A DNA stretch of 64,000 nucleotides, from NCBI RefSeq assembly GCF_009914755.1, contig NC_060944.1; one strand, given 5' to 3'. The translations under genes were made by a program, and so were the position numbers. Below, piece by piece: positions 46,729-61,261 of the stretch; positions within the stretch are counted from its first letter, which is position 1; every line of letters begins with the position of its first letter. The stretch comes from the human T2T-CHM13v2.0 reference genome, Homo sapiens. The notes beneath the pieces are model-generated. The model made no database searches. It was not told where the DNA came from and saw nothing but the letters and a program-made list of their open reading frames with translations.

Positions 46729-47180
46729 GAGACGGAGACTGGCTCTGTTGCCCAGGCTGGAGTGCAGTGGTGCGATCTCACTCGGCTCACTGTAACCTCC
46801 CCCTCCCAGTTCAAGCAATTCTCCTGCCTCAGCTTCCCAAGTAGCTGGGACTACAGGCATGTGCCACCACGCCTAAGTAATTTTTGTATCTTTAGTGGAG
46901 ACAGGGTTTCTAGATTAAATGTAGAGGAATATAGAGGAATGTAGATTAAATGTAGAGGAAGAGAGACTGCTTTTGGCCTAAGCAGTTGGGTGAGTGGTGG
47001 TTTCTTTACTGAGATGAGAAGCATTGAGTTTGAGGGAGGAGAGTGGGACTCAAGAGTGCCGTTTGGACATGAGAAACTTGAGATGCTCAGTACACTTGCA
47101 ACGAGAGATGTTAAATAGGTAGTTGAGTCTGGAGCTCAGGGGAGAGGGCCAGGCTGCAGATATAAATTTGGCAGTCAGCT
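45845..47180 (-). mobile_element. L2 fragment interrupted by two tandem antisense Alus (46410-46692; 46700-46910 partial)
   Basis: L2 3'-end antisense motifs on both sides; Alu sequences with poly(T). Confidence 0.7.
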
Positions 47181-50100
47181 TATTGTTGTGACATAGAACA
47201 GTAAGGAGTAATTTCTTCTGATTAAAGAGATTTGGTAAACCTTTCCAAAAGAGAAGACGTTTGAGCAAAACTTTGAAGAATGAGCATAATTTCCAAAGGC
47301 AGAGTAAGGGAAAAATAGAAAATATTTTTCATCCAAGTCTCACAGCCTTTCCCCTGGCCTCTTCTTGAGTTTAAGAAGCTGCTGACCTGGTTGATAATCT
47401 CTTATCACTGGTATAGCCACTTAGGTTCTTTATTGAAAAGGAACCAGAACAGATTACACACTAACTGATAAACCACGTTCTACTGTTTCTCATCGTTCAC
47501 AGATTGAAAATTCCAGTTGGATCATCAAGGTGCAGAATGCTAAACTTGTTCTTCTCCCCTGTTCTGTATCTGGTGTGAATTGGATGTGTTGATTTTCGTA
47601 TGGAGGCTTTTTCACATGCTGTCATCTCCACTAAAGATGGAACACTTTGGAGAAGTTTTACTTCTGTTGTTAATGACTTTTTGCACTTGAACTGTTAAAA
47701 CAACTACAACCATGAGAAATTGGGACCCCATGCTATTTTATCACTCATACCCCTAACTTGAGCATATTATCTGTCTTGACTCATCCTGCTTTGTGTAAAA
47801 TGTGAATCATGTTTTGTCACTCTTCTATTTAGATAGAATTTTATTTGCAGTAGAATATTGCTTATCTTTTTGTTTATTTTTGTGATTACTGTAATCAGAA
47901 ATTTTGGTCTTTCAAGTAGAGAATAATTACTAGATGTTCGTTAGTCAATGGGATAAAGAATGCATTGAAAAAATTCAGTTTATTAAATCGTCTAAGATCC
48001 TTTTAGAACTGATGTAAAATTCATCTGTGAATAATCTTCTACTGCACGATAATATTAGTGCTGGATATAGATAGAATGTATGAAGCCTCAGCTCTTATAT
48101 ACTCCTTTTAGCCATTTTTCTATTACGAAAAAAAATCTAGTGTATTAAAGGAAAGTAGTGACAGTATTTATCTTTAGATGGTTTCTAGTATTTGAAGTTC
48201 ATACAGAAGCTTTTGTCAGAATTGTACACATGGGTCTTTGTCTTGAGTTAATGAGACCACTGCAACTTTAAACATGTTTTGAGTGATAACCTTGATTTTT
48301 ATAAATTATACAAGCATGACTATCAAGGCTGGTTTATCAGTTTTCAACAACTTTACAAGTCTGAACAAGTAGAAAATTATTTCAAAAGAACCTTGTTTGG
48401 ATCTCACATAAACTACAGGTAGCTTTCTGTATATGAAAAAATTTTTAAGTACAGAAAAATACAGATAATATAAATACCCCAGTATGGAGTAACTAAATGT
48501 TAATAATTTGTTAGAAGACTCGTTTTAAATCTTTCTTTAATAAAACAAGTAAAACTTCACTAATAATTTATGACATGTCTGTACTCCATATCTGCTGATT
48601 CATACGCCCTCCTTTTTTTTTTGTTTTTTTTTTAACTCCCCGGAGGAATTTAATGTGAACTATTTCCGTTTTTTTCTAGATCACTTAATGTAGTGTCATG
48701 GTGTATGGATGACTTAACATGTTTTTGAGACCTATCAACTGTTGAAATACAGATCTAGTTCATTCTTTTAAAGAGTTGTATAGTATTCCTTCATGAGATT
48801 TTAGAATTTTTATTGTAAGTAAGAGAATTCTTTATATATTTTGAATTCTGGCCATTCATCTGTTATATAAACTGCAAATATCTTAGTTTTCCAGGCTGTT
48901 CCTTACTAACTTTGTATTTTTTTTCAGGTAGCTTTCCTGAGTTTGATCTTAGGAATTCTTAAAATACAGTAGCATGTCTTCCAGTTTAGTTTTCCCACCC
49001 ATGGAGGTGGTGGCAGGCTGAGTTTTGTTTCTTTCTGCTCTGAAAGACCTAGGAAACTAGTGAATTGAGTAAGCACCCTGCAAGTCTGGTATAGTCTATT
49101 TCAATCAAGTTGGCTTCTGGTGTGCCTTTGATGGCATCATCAGTGAGAGTTCTTGGTGTTGATTTCTCTTGCTGCAATAACAGGTGTGATGTTTCTCAGT
49201 AGCTGGCTGGCTCCCGAGGATACCAGGAGAATACTTTATTAATTTAAAACACTGCATTCTAAGAGTTCTTCAGGAAAGTTATGTGTCTATGGGTAGGGTT
49301 GTTTTTATGTGGTTATTTCAAAATAAGAGCTATACAATCAGGCTTTCTGCTGGAATATTGGAATATAATGTCTGCCATTTAAACACATTGGTTGCAAAGC
49401 TTTAAAGCTTTATTTTTGTTTCTAAAGCATTGATTTAATGTGTGAGCTAACAATTCGATCAAGAAAATAGATTTTTAAGAAAACTTCTCCAGTGTCCTTA
49501 TTCTTGAGTTCATGGTTATTTAACAGCTCACTCTCTTCGAATATCTGTTAGTATGGTATCTTTCATTTTTTAGGGAGGGGGCAACTTTAAAAAAAAACAC
49601 CATAGAATAATTATGATGAAAGCATTATTGACACAGTGAGCATTTTTAATACCTTCAACCTGTATATAAGCAGCACAAATTTAGAGTGATTTCAGATCCG
49701 GGTTTTGAAGTAGGTGTCTGTTTACAGGAAATGCAGCAGAATCAGAGTACAATGACCTCTGAGGAAGTCTCGTATTCATGCAGCATACATTTTTACTATG
49801 TTTGTGGCACTGTTCTAGTTTGGAGGATCTGGTGATGAATAGGACAGACACCCCCCCCCCCGCCCCGCCCCCCACTCCATGTGGAAACAGGAAAGGAACA
49901 AACAAAATATGTCCTATGCAGAAGATGAAAAGGGTGTAATGCTGGAACAGGAGCAGCAGTAGTCTCAGTATTTATTCACCCAGAGCCTGGATGTGCGTAC
50001 AGAGGGTGCATAGAGGAAGAATACAGCCATTGTGTGAAGTAGATGGAAGCATGGCATGGCTATTTGTTCATTCAGCAAATATATTATTGAGCATCTGTTC

Positions 50101-50858
50101 TATGCCTGCAAGTGCTCTAGGTGCTGATGATCAGTAATGAACAAGAGGGACAAAAAAGTCTGTGTTGATGGAGTTTCCATTCTAGAAGGGGAAGATTTAC
50201 ATAAACAAGAAAAGAAATAATGTGGGGATTGGTGCACTGCAGATGGGTATGGAAAGCAGAAAGCAATAGGATACTTTTTAATGTAAATAGACTGTCAAAG
50301 GGTAAAATTTAAAAATATTAATAAGATATCCAACAGATTTTGCTTTAGAATGTCCGTGTCCCTCCATTTTAGTGTATTTTTCCCACATAGAGAGTCTACT
50401 GTATTGAAACCTCAAGCACACTTTTATTGTCTTAACAAAATCCATCAAAAGTCATAGGCTTCTGGAGACAGATTATTACCTTCCCAGAAGGTAATCTTTT
50501 TAGAGTTGAAGTGAAATATGGTAATTTGTTTTTTGGAGAGGCTGTGAAAAGGAGAGATACTGTACCTAATTTGTGTTTGCAAGAGTATAAAATAATATAG
50601 CTTTTTTTATGCAGAGTGGAAAAAACTGTTGTGAAGCTAATAACTTTAAACTTGTATCTGGAAAGCTGAGACCTGATAGATTATATATCAAATTGGTATA
50701 CAACTTATTTGGTAACATATATAGGTTGAGTTTCAAAGTATTGTAGCTACATCAGAAGATAAATAACAAAGGAAGGATATGTATTTGTGAAACCAGAATT
50801 TCATGAACTCTAGAAAAGGAAGAGGAGCAATCACTTTGCACAACAAAGAATCTTTATT

Positions 50859-50863
<5 letters not shown>

Positions 50864-50896
<33 letters not shown>
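50864..50896. repeat. (CA)n microsatellite
   Basis: About 16 CA units. Confidence 0.95.
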
Positions 50897-50898
<2 letters not shown>

Positions 50899-51019
50899 AC
50901 AGATAGATATTTTCAAAATCTCAATAATATTTAATATTAGAAATGTTAAGGGGGATACTACCGAAAATGAATTAATATAAAAGACCAAATACTTTTTCCC
51001 CTTCCTTTTTTTAAAAAAA

Positions 51020-53195
<2,176 letters not shown>

Positions 53196-53258
53196 GGGTC
53201 TAAATATACTTTAGCCTTTATTTTTCTGGTAGAATTGCTAAGTTAAAAGTAAAATTAT

Positions 53259-53581
<323 letters not shown>

Positions 53582-54114
53582 TTACTCCTTAAAAACTTCT
53601 ATCTTGCCATTTAGTAGATAGGATGTTATGCTATGCTTGAGGTAATACAGATAGGTAAGGCCTAGATTGAGTTTTCAGTTCACTGGAAATTTTCATTATT
53701 ACTTTTTATAATTTGATGGGACATGAACTTTTAAATTATTCTTTTGTAAAGATAGTATTTACATTTCCTGAAGGGAAGCGTTTTAATTTTTCTTCCATGG
53801 CTCTTGAATGAATAATTACAGAAAAGCATTTAAATCATATGTAGATCAGGAGACTGTTTAAAGATTTAATGGAATACTTTTCCCATAAAATGCTCTTAGG
53901 TTTCCTGACAAGTTTATTCAGCCATTTTTTTATGACATTTTCAACACCTGGAACCTGACCTCTTCATGTTGTGCTGGATTGTGACGGTCTTTGACCTTCA
54001 AACCAGAACTTTATACATCTTAAGGCCCAATTTTTGTAATTAAGAGTAAAAAGCAACTATTTCTTCTTTCACTTTTAATGGTATGCAAGTTTTTGCTGGT
54101 ATTGTATTTGCCTT

Positions 54115-56084
54115 CTTTTTTTTTTTTTTTTTTAATTTATTTTTTATTGATAATTCTTGGGTGTTTCTCACAGAGGGGGATTTGGCAGGGTCATAGGACA
54201 ATAGTGGAGGGAAGGTCAGCAGATAAACAAGTGAACAAAGGTCTCTGGTTTTCCTAGGCAGAGGACCCTGCGGCCTTCCGCAGTGTTTGTGTCCCTGGGT
54301 ACTTGAGATTAGGGACTGGTGATGACTCTTAACGAGCATGCTGCCTTCAAGCATCTGTTTAACAAAGCACATCTTGCACCGCCCTTAATCCATTTAACCC
54401 TGAGTGGACACAGCACATGTTTCAGAGAGCACAGGGTTGGGGGTAAGGTCACCGATCAACAGGATCCCAAGGCAGAAGTTTTCTTAGTACAGAACAAAAT
54501 GAAAAGTCTCCCATGTCTACTTCTTTCTACACAGACATGGCAACCATCCGATTTCTCAATCTTTTCCCCACCTTTCCCGCCTTTCTATTCCACAAAGCCG
54601 CCATTGTCATCCTGGCCCGTTCTCAATGAGCTGTTGGGCACACCTCCCAGACGGGGTGGTGGCCAGGCAGAGGGGCTCCTCACTTCCCAGTAGGGGCGGC
54701 CGGGCAGAGGCGCCCGTCACCTCCCGGGTGGGGCCGCTGGCCGGGCGGGGGGCTGACCTCCCCACCTCCCTCCCGGACGGGGCAGCTGGCCGGGTGGGGG
54801 GCTGACCCCGCCACCTCCCTCCCAGATAGGGCGGCTGGCCTGGCAGAGGGGCTCCTCACTTCCCAGTAGGGGCGGCCGGGCAGAGGCGCCCCTCACCTCC
54901 CGGACGGGGCGGCTGGCCGGGTGGGGGGCTGACCCCCCCACCTCCCTCCCGGACGGGGCGGCTGGCCGGGCGGGGGGCTGACCCCCCCACCTCCCTCCCG
55001 GACGGGGTGGCTGGCCGGGCAGAGGGGCCCCTCACCTCCCAGTAGGGGCGGCCAGGCAGAGGCGCCCCTCACCTCCCGGACGGGGCGGCTGGCCGGGCGG
55101 GAGGCTGACGCCCCGACCTCCCTCCCGGACGGGGCGGCTGGCCGGGCGGGGGGCTGACCCCCCACCTCCCTCCCTGACGGGGCGGCTGGCCGGGCGGGGG
55201 GCTGACCCCCCAACCTCCCTCCTGGACGGGGCGGCTGGCGGGGCGTGGGGCTGACCCCCCCACCTCCCTCCCGGATGGGGCTGCTGGCCTGGCGGGGGGC
55301 TGACCCCCCCCACCTCCCTCCCGGACGGGGCGGCCGCCGGGCGGAGACGCCCCCCACCTCCCAGACGGGGTGGCCGCCGGGCGGAGAGGCTCCCCACCCC
55401 TCAGACGGGGCAGCCGCCGGGCGGAGGGTCTCCCCACTCCTCAGACGGGGCGGTTGCCGGGCAGAGGGTCTCCTCACCTCTCAGACGGGGCGGTGGGGCA
55501 GAGATGCTCCTCACCTCCCAGACGGGGTCGTGGCCGGGCAGAGGCGCTCCTCACATCCCAGACGGGGCGGCGGGGCAGAGGCGCTCCCCACATCTCAGAC
55601 GATGGGCGGCCGGGCAGAGACGCTCCTCACTTCCTAGATGTGATGGCGGCCGGAAAGAGGCGCTCCTCACCTCCTAGATGGGATGGCGGCCGGTCGGAGA
55701 CGCTCCTCACCTCCCAGACTGGGCAGCCAGGCAGAGGGGCTCCCCACATCCCAGACGATGGGTGGCCAGGCAGAGACGCTCCCCACTTCCCAGACGGGGT
55801 GGCGGCCGGGCAGAGGCTGCAATCTCAGCACTCTGGGAGGCCAAGGCAGGCGGCTGGGAGGTGGAGGTTGTAGCGAGCCGAGATCACGCCACTGCACTCC
55901 AGCCTGGGCACCACCGAGCACTGAGTGAACGAGACTCCGCCTGCAATCCCGGCACGTCGGGAGGCCGAGGCCGGCGGATCACTTGCGGTTAGGGGCTGGA
56001 GACCGGCCTGGCCAACACAGCGAAACCCCGTCTCCACCAAAACCAGTCAGGCGTGGCGGCGCGAGCCTGCAATCGCAGGCACTC
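54115..56084 (-). mobile_element. 5'-truncated SVA retrotransposon (probably SVA_E/F), antisense in VAPB intron 1
   Basis: On +: poly(T) to 54133, SINE-R to ~54640, GC-rich VNTR to ~55815, Alu-like region to 56084. No CCCTCT hexamer. Perfect 12 bp TSD TGTATTTGCCTT at 54103-54114 and 56085-56096. Confidence 0.97.
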
Positions 56085-59082
56085 TGTATTTGCCTTGTAA
56101 AACAGATCAATTCTAGCCCCTCTTACTGTCTTACTCTTACCTCTTATTGCCTTAAACACAATTTAAAATGACAAAAATCCAAGCACAGTGGGTCCTGGGG
56201 GAAGGTAGAGGAAATAAATTATACTGTGTTTAGCTTTATCTAAATACCTTTTACAGCATGTCAAGGAATTCATTTTCAGTTCATTAGTGCTGTTTCATAA
56301 GCATCTTCAGCAAACTCACACAAATGTTCACAGATGAGTATATGCATAATCTAGGACATAAAGGGCATTGTTTACATTATTAAAAAGAGTAACAGTTTCA
56401 AAGAGTATTGCCAGTTTCTCCCAAATTCATGTTTTTTCACTTTTTTAACCTCCCATTTCACATTTTAGATGCTTAGTTCCTGGTTTTGTTACAGACATTA
56501 TCTGAAATAAGGAATAGAAGATTAAAAATGATTTGAAGTGTATGCTGTGGTTCTAGAGACACATCATTTTTTTTTATCTCTAAAAAGGAAAAATTCTAAG
56601 TTTAGAAGGAGATTTCATTTGTAAAATTGACTGTACTTTATAAGCAGTGTTTAAATTCATTGGTGGTAAATATGCATGTTGGTATAGTAAAATCCCATTT
56701 TTTACATAATGCTTTAATGGAAATGGCAGTTTTATGAAATGAAAGTGACTAGTAAAAGTCTGAATGATGCTCATAAGCTTTTACATCATTTTTATTGAAG
56801 GTTTTGTGTATGCTAATCCATTAATACAGGGGAAAAGGAGAACACTAACATGGTTTATTTTCTATAATTACTCAAATAGAATATAATTTATTTTCAATAA
56901 AATTCTTGGAGCAAATTGCCCAGAGTAGGGAGAGGAAGGTTGGCCTGTTCTTACAAATATCTTGATTTTTACCCACGGGACTTTGTTATTTTACCAGTGA
57001 TGTTGTTTCATTGCATATATTTTCAGTATAGTTCCCTCCAGATTTTTACAAATAAAAGCCTGTGAAAGGCCAAGAAATCCCAAGCATGTAAAGACCCAGG
57101 ATTGTGGAGGGAGAAATCTGGGATGTTTATTTTATCCTGTTTATTATTACAAATATTGCTTGTCTTTTAATAGTTTAGACTTCCTTTTATGTGGTTTATA
57201 TAAGTTGAAGCACCATTAAGATTGCTGTGTAATAGCAATTAACTGTGATGTAATAGATTAACCTGGGGAAATTTTCAAAAACAGTTAAGTGTTTACATTT
57301 AAATTTGGCTTATTTTTGTAGAGTACCTTGAAGAAGAGGTCAGTGTAAGGAATAAACAAATACTTAAATTTGGGATCCTCACACCACAACTTCATAAGGG
57401 GGAGAGGGTGAACTGAGGTATCCCGTAGGTGGTTGAGGTGTGTGTGCTTGTGAGTTTTCTGTATTTCTTTGCAGTTGGGTTCAGCGAGGAGCAGTTTTCT
57501 GTGTTCACCAGTGTTGATAGCAGACAAAATCACACAGAAACAAATACGAAAATTGTTTTATGTCCAGAATGTCCCTCTAATATGCACATGAGTAACGTTG
57601 GATCAAATTTATGTTTTCAAAATAAGTCTCATAGCAGAACTAGCTGTCGTTTGATTTTGGGATTGAGTCCCATTTCCTTCCTTCCTTATCACCATTTTGA
57701 TTTCTTAATTTGTATTAAGGTAAGCCCATATCAGATTGATTTTTTTTTTTTCCATGCCCGGAGCACCTCAAGAGTAGAGACACCAGCCTGAGGATCTTAA
57801 TTTTGCTGGAGATAATCCACACACAGGTAGTTTTCTTCTTGGTGAATATGTAGATTGAGATCTTTATTCTATGCCAGCCACAGTGCTGGGGCTACAGAGA
57901 TGGATAAGGTATAATCCTTGTCTCAGGAGCTTAGAGTCTCATTGAAAAGTTTTTCAAAACACACATTTGAATGATTTTGTTGAGTCAACATTACGTATTT
58001 GTTTGTGAACACATAAGCGCACACCCTTTCCCCACCTTCACTTCCTGTTTCCTTGCAAATGCAAAGACAAGAGTAAAGGACTTGCCTAGAGGAAACACAG
58101 AAATACTGATTTACAGGTGAAAAATATGTAAATTTGAAAAGGTGTTGAAAAGGACCTAAGTTTTTGTAGCCACCTGACTAATAAACACAGAGATCACATG
58201 TCCACCATAGATGGGTAAATGAAAAAAAGCAAGTTTCAGGTTAATAGGAATAGTATTATTTCATTATTTGTTAGCCCCTATCCCTTGCACATGTGTGTAT
58301 GTATTGTTTGTGTAAACATAGATGATGTGGAAAGATCTCCCATATTGTTAATATTAGTTATCTCAGGGGACAAAGGAAAGCTTATTCCTGTTTATACATC
58401 TTTTATTGTTTGGTTTAAGAAGCATGTTTTACTTTTTTAATTAAAAAATCTAATAAAGTAGGAAGTGAATAAATAATAGTAATAAAAAGTATCTTCAGGC
58501 CACTGAGCCTGTTGCAGTCTTCCCAGTAGCGTGAGTAATTAGTACCGTCTGTAATGCTTCAGGTGTGGACTGCCCAGCAGGACTCTGAACTTCTTGCTAC
58601 AGCCTAAGGTGATACTAAGTTTTCTGTAGCAACACTATAATGTTGAGAGTTACTGTGTTTATAGACCATTAACACCTCAAAGTCTTTCTTCCATCTGCTC
58701 CTCTTGGCACACTGCTCTAGATAATCATTTTGGAATGAGTTTAGTCCTTTACGCTCTCCCTGTTAGATTTCATATTGTTACTGTGGAAATCAGTATTTAG
58801 CATGGGTAAGAACTGGCCTTAGATGCAAGCCATCTGGTTACAGATCCTCACTACCACTATCATGAAAACTTGGACAAGTAACTTGTCTCCCCAAGCCTCA
58901 GTTTTCTCATCTGCAAAACAGCAATAATCATAAAGTTGTGAGGTTTCAATGAGATGCCATATGTTAGAACACTTACACTAGGTACCTGGTGAAATAGTGG
59001 GAACATGGTAAATATTAGACGTTACTGCTAGTGCATTAACCTCAGCTCATCTCTTTCATCCATTGGCATGTTAATGAGATAA

Positions 59083-59349
<267 letters not shown>

Positions 59350-59451
59350 TGAGACTGGAGGCCTAGAGGGTGGGCTCAGAAGGCCCCTGGACAGTAGGTT
59401 TTCTTAAAGTTTGTATTTGCAGTGTAGCAGAAGAAGATGATAGAATTCTCT

Positions 59452-59499
59452 CCACCCCACCCCCACCCCACCCCACCCCACCCCACAACCCTCCACCCC
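59452..59499 (-). repeat. (CCCCA)n C-rich tract, G-quadruplex-capable on the minus strand
   Basis: Six or more consecutive C4/C5 runs ~110 nt after exon 2. Confidence 0.85.
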
Positions 59500-60973
59500 G
59501 TGATCAGAAAGCTGGGTCCCAGTCGCCTGTTTTTTTCATAATTAATGCCTCCTTGTTTCAAAGCTTACAGCCCCTTTGCACCTCAATAGTTAGAGCAAAA
59601 CTGAAGTGATAACTTTAGACTTTACTTCAGAATGAGTTTTGTTTTCACTCCCTTGAAATTAAATCTGCCCTTTGGCAATAAATAAAAAAGGGCTAAACAA
59701 ACTTAATTTTACTTTGTGGGAGAAAGCTAAATGGAGTTATTTTCTTATTTAAGCTAAATGATTTCTGACATTAAGCTCATACCATTTCCAGTGATTGGCC
59801 ACTGCACTTTACTGATTGTGAAACGCCAAGAGAGATGAGGGCTGAGCAAATTGGAATATACTCAAGGGTGTCAGTTTGGTGCATGTCTGATGGTTTTCTC
59901 TTCTGTCTGGGAGTGCATGTATTTTCCAAAATCCACCTTTTGAAAAATACTGGTAAAGTGCCCAAATTGAGAATTGGATTTCAGAATTAAGGAGATGTCA
60001 GTGATGGGTTGGAGTTTAAATGTATTTTAGAAATGGAATAAACTTTTAGCTCATTAGAACTTCTCCATCCAAGAAGGAGCTGTGGGGGAGTGTGTATTTA
60101 TCTTGTAAATATCAAGTGACTCAGTGTCACAGAGGCTTCTGCATCAATAGAAGCTACTGCTCATTTGAAATGAGTATCTCTCTGGCTTTTTCCATGATAG
60201 ATTTTGATTGTGATACACTTGGCTATTCATTTGACACCTAAAAGAAAATGATTCACCTCTTTGGAAAGATATAAGGTGTTTCATTATCTGATCGTTTCTG
60301 CAAACTCTTATTCCCTGCATCTGGTCTCTCTCATTATGGTGCACCCATGCCAGCTCTCCCCCTGTGCTTCTCTTGAGTCTGCAAGACCTGATCTTCGAAT
60401 CAAGTTATTATCTTGAAGTCAGGAGGGTCGAAGCCAGCATTGATTGAGGGGCTTCTATGTGCTGGACCTGCACATGTACTATCTCATGTCATTTCTCTTA
60501 CCTGCCCTGTAAGGGATGCATTGTCACCTCCATTTTACTAAGAAGTAGACTGGTGGTCATAGCATCGTGAAACTAGCAAATAACAGAGCCAAGATGTGGA
60601 TCATTCTGACTGGCTCTGAAGCCCATGCTCTTTGAACTGCAGCACTCTGGAGAAAGGAAGGAACTGGGATTTTGGCATTTCTGTATCCTCTGGATATGTA
60701 TGGTTTAAATTTTTCTGTTGACATCAAGGGCAGCTGAAATCTTTTGTTCCCCTCTTCTATCTACTTTCCCCCCCTCGATTTCCATGCCTGTATCAAATTT
60801 GAGCAAGTTTGTCAGTAGATGAAAATTACCAATTTTTATAGGAAGAATAGGGAATGCAGCATGGTTTTCTGAATAAAAGAATCTCAGTAGGTGGTTGTAC
60901 AATGTTAGTGTGTTTTCTGATATAAAATATAAATATGTATGGGTGGGTGTATGTGTATGTCTCTATCTCTCTC

Positions 60974-61261
<288 letters not shown>

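Noticed and set aside
54640-55815. Repeat array superficially like CRISPR
   Set aside because: SVA VNTR with ~35-50 bp units and no unique spacers, in a eukaryotic context with no cas genes.
54040-56171. Many Pro/Gly/Arg-rich ORFs
   Set aside because: Translations of the SVA SINE-R, VNTR and Alu-like parts; SVA is non-coding.
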